Positions 48,313 through 48,905 of a DNA stretch of 48,905 nt are shown piece by piece. This stretch comes from Nemertoderma westbladi (Eukaryota > Animalia > Xenacoelomorpha). Positions within the stretch are counted from its first letter, which is position 1. Each line of letters opens with the position of its first letter. The DNA is taken from the NCBI GenBank assembly GCA_032718475.1, contig JAUCBJ010008012.1, positions 1-48,905 of the forward strand. Reading direction: 5' to 3'. The translations under genes were made by a program, and so were the position numbers. The notes under the pieces were generated by a model. That model was not told where the DNA came from. It saw only the letters and a list, made by a program, of their open reading frames with translations, and ran no database searches.

Positions 48313-48546
48313 TTGTCCATTTGGGTTTCTTCAGGGAAGGATTGGTTGCAGGTTATTTTGCTATGATATCTGGGTATAGGCTTTTTATTTAGGCCTATTA
48401 TTGTTCTCATGGTGCATATTTTCGGCATTTCCTTGCTAAATCTGAATTGCACATTTCTATTTAAATTGGTATGAATTTTCCATAACCAGCAGTAATTGGT
48501 AAATCTTATTATTACCATGTGTAGTGCGACCGAATAGTCAAGGAAG
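48313..48546 (-). other. Candidate exon of an unidentified minus-strand gene
   Basis: Acceptor TTTCTAAG with upstream ACTAAC; donor GTAAGT at 48312; ATG at 48518 opens a basic 68-codon frame. No homology recognised. Confidence 0.3.
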
Positions 48547-48905
48547 CTTAGAAATAATTTAATCACAAAATCAAATTTAGTATTTCATAAAATTGTTAGT
48601 CGAGACATTTTACCTATCTTTCTACAAAGCAAAACACCTTATTTATTTACTTAAGATACAGCATGTTGATTTCATGTGCAAAACATACTCCTTCAGTCCG
48701 TCAGTCAGGGAAAATGAAGGGCTATTTCTATATTTTTTAAATCTAATAGAAAATTTAAATATATAATATTTATAATCCCGATGGTAGAACAGTTTAGGTA
48801 TAAACTTAGCTTCACAGTGTATCCCACCAGTACTCCTGCTTCCTGTAATACTGTAATCAGGTAATAGGTTGTAATAGTGATGTACCGGTAACAGGTAATG
48901 CCTAC

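Overview
AT-rich animal nuclear DNA, probably from an invertebrate: it has spliceosomal introns and no prokaryotic features. Genes supported by the sequence: (1) CSDE1/Unr with three coding exons (10198-11151, 12290-12701, 14739-16198, +; 941 aa); (2) an intronless TMEM254-like gene (25551-25925, +); (3) two tandem paralogous Ig-domain type I membrane receptor genes on the minus strand. Copy A (28765-30194) has a 1-bp frameshift. Copy B (35946-37737) is interrupted by a 359-bp TG...CA element. The rest is transposon-derived or repetitive: a decayed EnSpm/CACTA-type transposase, RTE-, CR1- and CRE-clade LINE fragments, a tRNA-derived SINE, many MITE/foldback elements with readable TSDs, and several minisatellites. 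Strongest leads: (a) the solo-LTR-like insertion in Ig copy B, whose TSD plus terminal CA form a GT...AG intron that would restore the frame exactly; (b) the Ig pair is diverged only in the distal domain; (c) islands of apparent DNA-transposon excision footprints near gene 5' ends, including P-element-type scars; (d) a G-rich intronic minisatellite seeded from the adjacent CSDE1 exon end; (e) an RTE copy inserted antisense into its own family. All alignments and counts were done by eye.
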